A DNA stretch of 64,000 nt from an uncultured Planctomycetota bacterium (GTDB lineage: Bacteria > Planctomycetota > Phycisphaerae > UBA1845 > CAIVHJ01). Shown here piece by piece: positions 1-8,221 of the stretch (position 1 is its first letter; the number at the start of each line of letters is the position of its first letter). The DNA is taken from positions 242,803-306,802 of the forward strand of contig CALODL010000002.1 of the NCBI GenBank assembly GCA_942492115.1, given 5' to 3'. The notes under the pieces are model-generated. The model made no database searches, was not told the DNA's origin, and saw nothing but the letters and a program-made list of their open reading frames with translations. A program made the position numbers and the translations under genes.

Positions 1-521
1 ACCTTGAAACGGCGCTGCGCGACGGCAACCGTATCAACGTGTTTCAAGACCGCCGCGATGTGACGCTCGACGGCGTCATCTACGCGATGGCGACGCCCTT
101 TGTGATCATCGTCGACAACACGGAATTCACCCGCTTCACGTCGTTGCCAGATGGGTTCGGCGTGGCGCTGGCTGGGCGCCTGGCCCTCGGGTGTGAAGAA
201 TTTGAGTCCGTTCCACTCTGGTGGATTGTGGCTTGCGGTGATCAGCAGGCCACCTGCTGCCTGGGTCGAACGGACGACCAGCGCGGCCGCAGGCGTTGAC
301 ACGATGTCAAGATCGCAGACATGACAGCCGGCCGCCGTTATGGCCTCTGCGGCGACATTCGCAAAACCGGCTCCTGATGGGCGACCATCGCGCCCCAGTA
401 CGATCGTGCTGCCGACTGGACAACCGGCAGCGTAGGCCCCTGCGAATGTACGCACGACATCATCCGTAAGCGTTTCGCCGATGATGCCCCGGATTCCTGA
501 TACGCTGACCATCAAGCTCAT
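1..521 (-). CDS. alpha-D-phosphohexomutase family protein (GlmM/phosphomannomutase-like), N-terminal part; gene continues beyond the window
   Basis: Own reverse-strand translation from ATG at 521-519: MSLMVSVSGIRGIIGE...GGLLITASHNPPEWNGLKFF. TASHNP is the phosphoserine active-site loop of this family. Absent from the ORF track because no stop lies inside the window. Confidence 0.8.
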   Translation of the reverse strand, partial: MSLMVSVSGIRGIIGETLTDDVVRTFAGAYAAGCPVGSTIVLGRDGRPSGAGFANVAAEAITAAGCHVCDLDIVSTPAAALVVRSTQAAGGLLITASHNPPEWNGLKFFTPEGQAPSQRHAEPIWQRREAGEFRVVDDDHKGRRHRVDDAVERHIAAVLKHVDTVAVAQRRFK

Positions 522-668
522 GCTGCGACTATATCCCGTCCGTTCGGAGTGTCCACAGTGCTCTGCATTGTTCCCTAAAAAAGGTTCTTCAGCAGAATCT
601 GTGGCAGCCAGGTCGCTCTCTCGTCTTCTGGCTCTGGAGCAGGCCAGGGCTAATTGTGCTGAGGAGGC

Positions 669-703
669 AAAAAAAAACAAGCCGTACCCACAGGTACGGC
701 TTG
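669..703 (-). terminator. rho-independent terminator downstream of dnaA
   Basis: On the minus strand, an 11-bp perfect stem (CAAGCCGTACC / GGTACGGCTTG) with a 4-nt loop, followed by a run of 9 T. It lies 26 nt after the dnaA stop. Confidence 0.7.
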
Positions 704-728
704 TTGATGAACAGGACAGAAGTAACAG

Positions 729-2375
729 TTACGTGGTCGCAGTTCCCACTGGGGTTCCTGGGACACCGGGGGCCGCGAGCGGAGTGGGCTCAACGATCGC
801 CGCCGGTGCGACCATCGGTGCAGGTGAGACCGCGGCGGCCGCCGGTGGTTCCGCTTCCACAGCCTGAATGGGCGGCGGTGGTACAGGTGACGCCGGCGGC
901 ATCGACTCACCCCCGTCACCGCCGTGGTCCGCGGGGCCATCCCCGTCATCGTAGGTTTCGCTTCGCAGGCCGAGCTGCTCCTCGAGTTCGTTGACGAGGC
1001 TGCGCAGCCGGTGGCGTTTTTCTCCACCCGGCGTATTCCATTTTACCTCGTCATCCTTGGCGATGACTTTGTTCAATTTCGCACACGCGAGGATGACGGT
1101 GGAATGGTTCTTGTTGCCCATGCACCGTCCGATTTCCGGGAAGCTCATGTTCGTGTGCTTCCGGGCGAGCAGCATGGCAATACCACGCGACAAGGCGATC
1201 GTTCGGGTTTTCCGCGACGTGTGCAGATCGGCCGGGGTCAGCCCGAAGTAGATCGACGACACGCTCTCGATATCACTGAGCTTGACGATCGGTGCGGTCT
1301 TGCTCAGGTGTTCCTGTAGCGCCTGCTGAGCGAGGGCCAGCGTGATCGGCTGCCGTGCGATCGAAGCGAACGCACACAGCTTCAACAGGGCTCCCTCGAG
1401 TTCACGCGCATTCGAATTGATGTTGCCCGCAACGTATTCGATGACCTCGGTCGGGATTTCCCGCTTCATCTGCGAGACGCGGTGCGTCAGGATGCGCACC
1501 CGCTCTTCGAAGCTGGGCGGGTCGATCTTGACGACCATACCGGCAACGAAGCGGTTGACCAGCGATTCACTGAGGTTGCCAATCAATTTGGGATGGGCAT
1601 CGGAGGCCATGATGACCTGTTTGCCCGCCGCGTCGATCGCATTGTACGTGTGCAGGAACTCCTCCTGTGTGCCTTTCTTGTTGGCCAGGAAGTGGATGTC
1701 ATCGATGACCAGGCAATCCACGTTGCGGAAGTGATGCCGGAAGGCGTCACGATTTCCACTTTTGATGGCGTAGATGAACTGGTTGGTGAATTCCTCCCCC
1801 GTCACATAAATGACCTGGAGGTTGGGATGGTGCTCGGCGAGACCGTTGCACGCTGCCTGGAGCAGGTGGGTCTTGCCCAGTCCACACCCACCGTGAATGA
1901 ACAGTGGGTTGAACTGCGTGCCAGGCTTCTCGATTACGCTTTTCGCGCAACCGTAGGCCAGCTTGTTGCTCGACCCGACTACGAAATCGAGCAAACGTCC
2001 GCGCAGCGCCTTTTTCTGCTGCATCGGCCCCTTGCGGCGCGTTTCACGCGCGACACGCTCAGGGTTGTTGTTCATGAATGTGACTTGCGAGTCCAGCTGG
2101 CGCTTCTTGAGATTCTTGGCCAGCGAGGGGTCGATTGAGAAAGCCAGCCTGAGATCTTCACCACTGATCTCTTTGGCTGCTTCCGCGATCGTATCAGCAA
2201 AGTGATTTTCGATCCAAGCGCCTATGAACATGTTGGGGACCCCGACCTTGAGGTAACCATCAGTCATATGGAACTGAGTCGCGTTGCGAAACCAGATCTT
2301 GTAGCGTTGAGGACCTACCTTCTCTGCAATCCGTTCTTCGAGTTGGCGCGCAAAATCCGTGCCGACAGACACCAT
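729..2375 (-). CDS. dnaA: chromosomal replication initiator DnaA, with a 78-aa Pro/Ala/acidic C-terminal extension
   Basis: 548-aa ORF. AAA+ Walker A GGCGLGKTHLL and Walker B CLVIDDIHF are present. The C-terminal DnaA-box-binding domain is recognisable (RGIAMLLARKHTNMSFPEIGRCMGNKNHSTVILAC). Confidence 0.95.
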   Translation of the reverse strand: MVSVGTDFARQLEERIAEKVGPQRYKIWFRNATQFHMTDGYLKVGVPNMFIGAWIENHFADTIAEAAKEISGEDLRLAFSIDPSLAKNLKKRQLDSQVTFMNNNPERVARETRRKGPMQQKKALRGRLLDFVVGSSNKLAYGCAKSVIEKPGTQFNPLFIHGGCGLGKTHLLQAACNGLAEHHPNLQVIYVTGEEFTNQFIYAIKSGNRDAFRHHFRNVDCLVIDDIHFLANKKGTQEEFLHTYNAIDAAGKQVIMASDAHPKLIGNLSESLVNRFVAGMVVKIDPPSFEERVRILTHRVSQMKREIPTEVIEYVAGNINSNARELEGALLKLCAFASIARQPITLALAQQALQEHLSKTAPIVKLSDIESVSSIYFGLTPADLHTSRKTRTIALSRGIAMLLARKHTNMSFPEIGRCMGNKNHSTVILACAKLNKVIAKDDEVKWNTPGGEKRHRLRSLVNELEEQLGLRSETYDDGDGPADHGGDGGESMPPASPVPPPPIQAVEAEPPAAAAVSPAPMVAPAAIVEPTPLAAPGVPGTPVGTATT

Positions 2376-2662
2376 GGCTCTCCTTCCACGTCTTTTTCAG
2401 GCTAGTCCGTTTTCAAAAAAAGAAGCCAGAAACATGTTGGAACGGCCAATCCCAACAACTGGCTTGGAGATGTCAACTGCTTCCGACGGCGGCGAAGATA
2501 TCAGCCCTCTCAGGGGTCGTCAATAGCATTCCAGATTGCTTTCCTGTGCATAAGATCGTTGACGAACGGGCAGCACTGGCTTGCGTTATGAAGATTTTTT
2601 TATTTAACGAGTTGAGCACATGTTCCACACGACAAGTGTGTGTATGACGTGGACAACTTTGG
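2376..2662. other. candidate oriC / dnaA control region
   Basis: The stretch looks visibly AT-richer than its flanks. DnaA-box-like 9-mers: 2545-2553 (rc TTATGCACA, 8/9), 2621-2629 (TGTTCCACA, 7/9), 2648-2656 (rc TTGTCCACG, 7/9), and 2686-2694 (TTATCCATG, 7/9) just inside the next CDS. An A/T tract at 2591-2607 (aagatttttttatttaa) could be an unwinding element. Confidence 0.35.
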
Positions 2663-3574
2663 TTATTCAACATCATCGATAACGCTTATCCATGCAGAGC
2701 GACGCTCAGTTGTTGAAAAACCTAGGCTGACGTAAATGTTCAGTGCGAATTGATTTTGTTCATCGACGGCAAGAAGAAGATGGTCACACTCACGTTCAAC
2801 AGTATGGGTTTGTGCAACGCCGACAAGTTGTCGCCCATAACCTGCGCCGCGCGCACCTGGAACGACTCCGGTGTACACGATCTCGAGCGCTTGGCGCAAC
2901 GGAACGCGACTCAACAGAAGTACACCGATGGGCCTGTTGTCGTCAAATGCCAGAAACCACAAACCCGGATCGTGTAGACCGGTCGCACGGTGGGCCGCGA
3001 GGACATCATCCATTCCTCGTAGTCCAACGAGCCGTGGACAGTCGCAACTGTCGACATACGTGGCAGCCAACGTCTTTCGAAAAAGGGCATCATGCTGTGC
3101 AGCGCATGGCACCAATGTTGCTGCTGTGGACGGCGGCTGCCAGCGTCGAGGTGGGGACCAGGCCAGGTAGCGGAGGTGTGCGAGGTGCTCAAAGCCGCAG
3201 TCGCCCAGCACGTTAGTCGAGGCACGATCGTCGGGGGGCACGAGAACCTGAATCAGCCGTGCCCCCTGGCTGGCTGCCCAGGATCGGGCAGAGTTCAGGG
3301 CCGCCCCCAGGGCGGCGCTCATGTCCAGGTCGTCGGAGAACGGGGAGGGCATGGCCATGGCCACCCGGCCGGGCGTCACCATGGTCAGGCAGGCTCCGAG
3401 GAGCCGGGTGCCGGAGACAATGACCCGGTATGAGCCGATGTGCAATTGTTGGGCGGTCAGGTAAGCAAGGAAATGATCGACCTGTGCGTCTGAGGCCGGA
3501 TGGCCAAGCTTGCTGCCGAGTGCCAGGGCCATGGCCTGGCGTTGCTCCGGCGGTAATGCGTCACGAAGGTTCAT
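2663..3574 (-). CDS. GNAT family N-acetyltransferase (two tandem GNAT-like halves)
   Basis: 303-aa ORF. The C-terminal half carries acetyl-CoA motif A (GVVPGARGAGYGRQLV), followed by LLLAVDEQNQFALNIYVSLGF. Confidence 0.65.
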   Translation of the reverse strand: MNLRDALPPEQRQAMALALGSKLGHPASDAQVDHFLAYLTAQQLHIGSYRVIVSGTRLLGACLTMVTPGRVAMAMPSPFSDDLDMSAALGAALNSARSWAASQGARLIQVLVPPDDRASTNVLGDCGFEHLAHLRYLAWSPPRRWQPPSTAATLVPCAAQHDALFRKTLAATYVDSCDCPRLVGLRGMDDVLAAHRATGLHDPGLWFLAFDDNRPIGVLLLSRVPLRQALEIVYTGVVPGARGAGYGRQLVGVAQTHTVERECDHLLLAVDEQNQFALNIYVSLGFSTTERRSAWISVIDDVE

Positions 3575-3765
3575 CGTGGGGCGCCCTGGGTACGAGTGGA
3601 CCGATCCAGTTTCCTGGTAAGCAGAGCCTATCGAATTTCATGGCGACCCGCGAGGCAAGTCGTCGTGATGCCCGATTGGGCCGCGCTTGCTGTCTTGGCG
3701 GTTCTTCTGATAGGTTACGAAGCAAGCGCCCCATCACCGGCCGGGCCAGTTGACCGATCGGATTC

Positions 3766-4194
3766 ATGGCAGAGGAAGCACCACAGCACGTCAAGTTCGA
3801 GATTCGGTCCGATCCGGAGGAGTTACCTGCGGTTCGCGATGCGGTCGAGGTTCTGGCTATGGGGCTGGGCTTTACCGAGGAGCAGGCGACCAAGATCATG
3901 CTGGCGATGGATGAAGCGCTGGTCAACGTCATCCGGCATGCGTACGGGGGCGCGCATGACAAACCGATTTTCATCGACATGCGCGGGACTGAGGACAATG
4001 GACGGATTGGATTGCGTGTGCTCATTCGCGATGAAGGCCGCAAGGTCGATCCGGCTAAGATTCGCAGCCGTGATTTGGATGACATTCGTCCAGGAGGATT
4101 GGGTGTTCACCTCATGAAGAGCATCATGGATGTCGTTGAATTCACGCCGCAAGATCGCGGCATGGCTCTTGAGATGATCAAGTACTTGGACTAA
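3766..4194 (+). CDS. anti-sigma regulatory factor / serine protein kinase (RsbW/SpoIIAB-like, HATPase_c)
   Basis: 142 aa. N-box-like DEALVNVIRHAY, then LIRDEGRKVD and GGLGVHLMKSIMD. Size and layout are typical of partner-switching kinases. Confidence 0.75.
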   Translation: MAEEAPQHVKFEIRSDPEELPAVRDAVEVLAMGLGFTEEQATKIMLAMDEALVNVIRHAYGGAHDKPIFIDMRGTEDNGRIGLRVLIRDEGRKVDPAKIRSRDLDDIRPGGLGVHLMKSIMDVVEFTPQDRGMALEMIKYLD

Positions 4195-4284
4195 ATGGCC
4201 TCCTGCAGATGGATGAGGCCGGGGGCATGCAGCGGGCCCGGTTGATCGCAAATCGGATGCTGCGCGTGCTCACGGGGGCGGTCC

Positions 4285-5406
4285 ATGGCGGAAACGTCAC
4301 AGTGTTATGATGTCATTGTTGTTGGGGCCAGCGTCTCGGGCGCTACCGTGGCGGCGTTGCTCGCTGCGGGCGGAAACTCGGTCGCACTGCTCGAGGCGGA
4401 GGCCCTGTCCGATATTCCCCCGGCGGCCTCGCTGCTCAATCCGGAATGCGGGGCCATCCTGGACACGGTTGGCTTGAACCAGTCCGCGGTTGGAGCCGCA
4501 GAGCAAACGTCCTATCGCTTTCACCTTGCCGATTTCTCCAAGACCATTACCCCGAAGAAGCCCAAGGACACCGTGCATGTCGTTGAGCACGCAACGTTGA
4601 TCACCAGGATGATCGAACAGGCGGCGGCCCATCCCGGATTCACGGCCGAAGCCGGTCAGCGGGTACTCAGAATGGTCGCCGGCGAGCGCGTCATGGCCTG
4701 CCATCTGGAGAATGGCCGGATCGTGGAAGGGCGTCTTGCCGTCCTGGCGACTGGAGCAGGATGTCCGTTGGCCGAGCAGCTGAGCATCTGCAGTGGGATC
4801 CGTGAAGCGGGCGTGTATGCCGCCCGCTACCGGTGTCCGGGCGGTGATCTTGGTCGCCTCGGGCACACGGATTGCATCCTGGGGCTGGGAGGGGGCGACG
4901 GCGTCGGGTACCGCCTGACGACCGGTGAAACGTTGACCGTGGCGGTTGGGGTGCGGGATTCAGGGGCCCGCGCGATCAACGAACTCATGCAGATTTCTGC
5001 CCACATGGTTGCTGCCGGCCTGCTGCCCGCCGACTGGCAGACGCATGCGGCGGGAACCCGGGCGCAATGGAGCCCGGCGGGCGGGGCTCTCGAAATCGAG
5101 AATCACGTTGGGAAGCTGACCGTTGCAATCGGTGGCGTTGGGGGCTTCGTCGCAGGGTTTACGAATGAAACCGTTTATCCGGGCATGTGGTCGGCCCAGC
5201 TGGCAGCCAACGTGATTTCAGAAGCCCTGCTGTGCAGTCAGCCACAGGACAAGCTCCGCGACTTTGATCGTGAATGGCGTATGACCATGGCGGAGTATCT
5301 GCGTCCGCCCAACACGGATGCGCAATCGCTCCTGCCGCTGATCTTTTCGAACCAGCAAATGGCCGACAAGATGCTCGAATCACTGGTTCTCGGAACCAAT
5401 TTCTAG
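4285..5406 (+). CDS. FAD-dependent oxidoreductase (geranylgeranyl reductase/FixC-like flavoprotein)
   Basis: N-terminal dinucleotide-binding motif YDVIVVGASVSGATVAALLAAGGNSVALLEAE in a 373-aa ORF. The substrate cannot be assigned. Confidence 0.6.
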   Translation: MAETSQCYDVIVVGASVSGATVAALLAAGGNSVALLEAEALSDIPPAASLLNPECGAILDTVGLNQSAVGAAEQTSYRFHLADFSKTITPKKPKDTVHVVEHATLITRMIEQAAAHPGFTAEAGQRVLRMVAGERVMACHLENGRIVEGRLAVLATGAGCPLAEQLSICSGIREAGVYAARYRCPGGDLGRLGHTDCILGLGGGDGVGYRLTTGETLTVAVGVRDSGARAINELMQISAHMVAAGLLPADWQTHAAGTRAQWSPAGGALEIENHVGKLTVAIGGVGGFVAGFTNETVYPGMWSAQLAANVISEALLCSQPQDKLRDFDREWRMTMAEYLRPPNTDAQSLLPLIFSNQQMADKMLESLVLGTNF

Positions 5407-5528
5407 CGCAAGCCATTGTCCAGTAACAGCTTATTTGTGCCGGCGCGCTCGTTTTCGGGCTGTTTGCGGCGGATGGAGACGGGATGTGTGTCGGCCTGGC
5501 GACGTGCAGGTGATGCGGCCCGCCAAGA

Positions 5529-5550
5529 GTTCGTGAAATTTTTCACGAAC
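5529..5550. promoter_or_regulatory. perfect 10-2-10 palindrome, possible operator
   Basis: GTTCGTGAAA-tt-TTTCACGAAC in the 400-bp non-coding gap upstream of the FlgM-like gene. It is AT-rich relative to its surroundings. Confidence 0.3.
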
Positions 5551-5807
5551 CCCGTTTATCAGCATTGATTTCCTCAAGGATCCGAACCTCTGCCGCCGAT
5601 AGACTGGTGTCGGGCGGGCCGCCCGGCCGGGCACGAGGATGGTTGCCCGCAGGTTTGAGTCAACACGCGTCTCTGGGCACACCTCTCACTCCCGGTTCAT
5701 GGATGAATGGGTTGGGGCGGGCTGCGGTTCGCCGATGTCGACAGGCATCGGGTATTCCGTAGCGCGGCAAACGGTGGCGCGCGCCGTAAACCCTGGAAGG
5801 ATCCTCA

Positions 5808-6110
5808 ATGGAACATGTCAGCAACGTCAGCAGCCAGTCAGGTGCCGACCGTCTCGCCCAGCTACGCCTCGCACAAAGCGAGGCACAAACACACCCCGTG
5901 GCGCCGCCGTCGACTGCCGAACCCCGAGCAGACGAGGCGGAGATTTCCGAGCTGGGTCGTATCCTCGGGCAGGCCCACGAACAGCCCGGTATCAGGGCAG
6001 ATAAAGTGGCGGCTGCGCGACTCGCACTTCAGGAAAACGAAGAACTGTTCATTACTGAACGCCTGGGTCCGACCATCGACAGCGTCATCGCTGAACTTGA
6101 CGATGCGTGA
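5808..6110 (+). CDS. FlgM-like anti-sigma-28 factor (tentative)
   Basis: 100 aa. Low-complexity N-terminus, with a C-terminal IRADKVAAARLALQEN...IDSVIAEL that resembles the FlgM C-terminal helix pattern. SD GGAAGGA lies 7 nt upstream and a strong terminator follows. Confidence 0.45.
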   Translation: MEHVSNVSSQSGADRLAQLRLAQSEAQTHPVAPPSTAEPRADEAEISELGRILGQAHEQPGIRADKVAAARLALQENEELFITERLGPTIDSVIAELDDA

Positions 6111-6135
6111 ATGACGCACATTCGAAGAACATGAC

Positions 6136-6166
6136 GGCCGCACCTCGGGGTGCGGCCTTTTTTTTT
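6136..6166 (+). terminator. rho-independent terminator
   Basis: GGCCGCACC-tcgg-GGTGCGGCC stem-loop followed by T9, 26 nt after the stop at 6110. Confidence 0.8.
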
Positions 6167-6254
6167 GGTTGTTCACGGATTTGCGGGACCGGACGTCCTC
6201 CAGCCGGTTTCGCCGCATCTGGCCCCGATGCGCGACTGCAGCTATAGTGCCGGC

Positions 6255-6923
6255 ATGATTCTCGACGCCGAGACCACGAAGCAACTGGCCAAGGAGGAAT
6301 TCGAGGCCTGGGCGCGGACCTACGATCGGTCGCTGCTCAACTATTTTCTATTTCAGCCTTCGTCCCACATGTTCCTCGAGGAATTGGCCCATTGGCACAA
6401 GGATCACGCGACGACGTTCGACATCCTCGACATCGGATGCGGGACAGGTACGTTTCTTGCCATGATCGCAGCGAGTTCGTTGCCGGCGCGTTCGCTGGTT
6501 GGTTTGGACTACGCGATGGAGATGTGCCTGCAGGCCAGCAAGAAGGCTGGCGCCGCCGGGGTCGAGCGCATGCCGTTCATTCACGGCGACAGTGAGCACC
6601 TGCCCTTTGCCGACAGCTCGTTCGATATTGTGACCTGTGCCAACTCGTTTCATCATTATCCCAATCAGCAAGCCGTCGTTCGCGAAATGCGTCGTGTGCT
6701 GCGTCCCGGTGGGCGACTGATGATCATCGATGGGTTTCGGGACAACGTCATCGGTTGGGTCATGTTCGATGTGATCATCACCACGATCGAGAAGTCGGTG
6801 TACCATGCGCCGGCGACGATCATGCGTGACTATTTTGCCGAGGCCGGACTGGTCAACGTCCATCAACGTAAGTTCAACCTGCTGTTCCCGGCGTTCGTGA
6901 CCGTCGGGGCGGTGGAAGCATGA
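6255..6923 (+). CDS. class I SAM-dependent methyltransferase (Methyltransf_11/UbiE-like)
   Basis: Motif I ILDIGCGTGTF, then LVGLDYA, FDIVTCANSFHHY and LRPGGRLMIID. The start is placed at the internal ATG (MILDAE...) because the ORF-track start at 6150 lies inside the upstream terminator. An ATG at 6228 is also possible. Confidence 0.8.
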   Translation: MILDAETTKQLAKEEFEAWARTYDRSLLNYFLFQPSSHMFLEELAHWHKDHATTFDILDIGCGTGTFLAMIAASSLPARSLVGLDYAMEMCLQASKKAGAAGVERMPFIHGDSEHLPFADSSFDIVTCANSFHHYPNQQAVVREMRRVLRPGGRLMIIDGFRDNVIGWVMFDVIITTIEKSVYHAPATIMRDYFAEAGLVNVHQRKFNLLFPAFVTVGAVEA

Positions 6924-6949
6924 TACTCTCATAGGACTAGAGGACGCCG

Positions 6950-8203
6950 GTGTCATCTTCCCGTGACAAACAACTCGCTGATCTCAATACGCTGATTGAC
7001 GTGTCGCGTCAGCTTGGGGCCGAGACCGAACTCGACCCGCTGCTCAAGAGCATCGAGCAGGCGGCGCTCAAAGTCCTCGATTGCGCGCGTGCGACCGTGT
7101 TCCTGTACGATCGTGCGGCGAAGGAACTGTACAGCCAGGTGGCAACGGGCGTCGAACGCATCAGCTTCCCGGCCGACCGCGGAATTGCCGGCGAGGCTGC
7201 ACAGACCCGTAAGACCATCAATGTCTCGGATGCCTACGCCGACAGTCGGTTCAATCCCGCCGTGGACAAGGCAACGGGATTCACGACCCGCAACTTGCTG
7301 AGCATTGCTCTGGAAGGCTCTGACAATCAACTCATGGGCGTCTTGCAGGTCTTGAACAAGACCGCCGGCTCGTTCACCACCGAAGATGAACGGCTGGCCG
7401 GTACGTTGAGCGCCCTCGCGGGCGTGGCCATCCAGCGCCAGCTGCTGCTCGAGGAGTATGCCGAGAAACAGCGGATCGAGCGCGACCTCGATCTGGCACG
7501 TGAGATTCAGCGCGGGTATCTGCCCGATACCGATCCGGACGTCGACGGCTTCGATATCGCCGGTTGGAACCGGCCCGCTCTCGAGACCGGTGGGGACGCG
7601 TATGACTACATGGATGTCGACGGTCAGGTCGGTCTGTTCATCGCAGATGCAACTGGACACGGTGTCGGTCCGGCCCTGATGGTCGCCGAGTGCCGGGCCT
7701 ACCTGCGCTCGGTGGCGGCGACGACCTCAGATGTCGTCCGCATCATCTCAACCACCAACCGGTTGCTCGCTGACGATCTCAGCGAAGGACGCTTCGTGAC
7801 CGTGTGCCTTGGTGTGCTGAATCGCGACACCGCCGAGCTGACCTACCTCAGTGCCGGGCAGGGCCCGATGGTGCAGTACATTGCAGCTGAGGACCGCTTT
7901 GTCGAGATTTCCGCCGATACGGTACCGATGGGCATTCTGGACGAGCTGCCGCCACTCCAACCCAAGATCATCGGGTTGGCCCCTGGCGACCTCTTTGTCA
8001 TGCTGACCGACGGATTCATGGAGTGGGCCCGACCGGACCGTGAACAATTCGGCTACGACCGCGTTTGCGAGGTCCTCCGCTTGAACCAGGACAAGCCGTC
8101 CAGTGACATCATTCGCATTCTGTATGACCAGGTTGTCACGTTTGCTTGCGGGGTTGCCCAAAACGATGACTTGACCGCCATTGTGATCCGGCGCGAGAAA
8201 TAG
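6950..8203 (+). CDS. GAF domain-containing PP2C/SpoIIE-family serine phosphatase (RsbU-like)
   Basis: N-terminal GAF (GIAGEAAQTRKTINVSDAYADSRFN...LMGVLQVLNK). C-terminal SpoIIE/PP2C (GGDAYDY, ADATGHGVGPAL, LTDGFME, QNDDLTAIVIRR). Confidence 0.85.
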   Translation: MSSSRDKQLADLNTLIDVSRQLGAETELDPLLKSIEQAALKVLDCARATVFLYDRAAKELYSQVATGVERISFPADRGIAGEAAQTRKTINVSDAYADSRFNPAVDKATGFTTRNLLSIALEGSDNQLMGVLQVLNKTAGSFTTEDERLAGTLSALAGVAIQRQLLLEEYAEKQRIERDLDLAREIQRGYLPDTDPDVDGFDIAGWNRPALETGGDAYDYMDVDGQVGLFIADATGHGVGPALMVAECRAYLRSVAATTSDVVRIISTTNRLLADDLSEGRFVTVCLGVLNRDTAELTYLSAGQGPMVQYIAAEDRFVEISADTVPMGILDELPPLQPKIIGLAPGDLFVMLTDGFMEWARPDREQFGYDRVCEVLRLNQDKPSSDIIRILYDQVVTFACGVAQNDDLTAIVIRREK

Positions 8204-8221
8204 CGCCCCGTCCTCGCGTTT

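Noticed and set aside
5431-5682. 83-aa basic minus-strand ORF in the long gap upstream of the FlgM-like gene.
   Set aside because: No SD, no recognisable domain, and a composition dominated by Arg/Pro/Thr as expected from random high-GC sequence. It cannot be excluded as a small protein, but it is unsupported.
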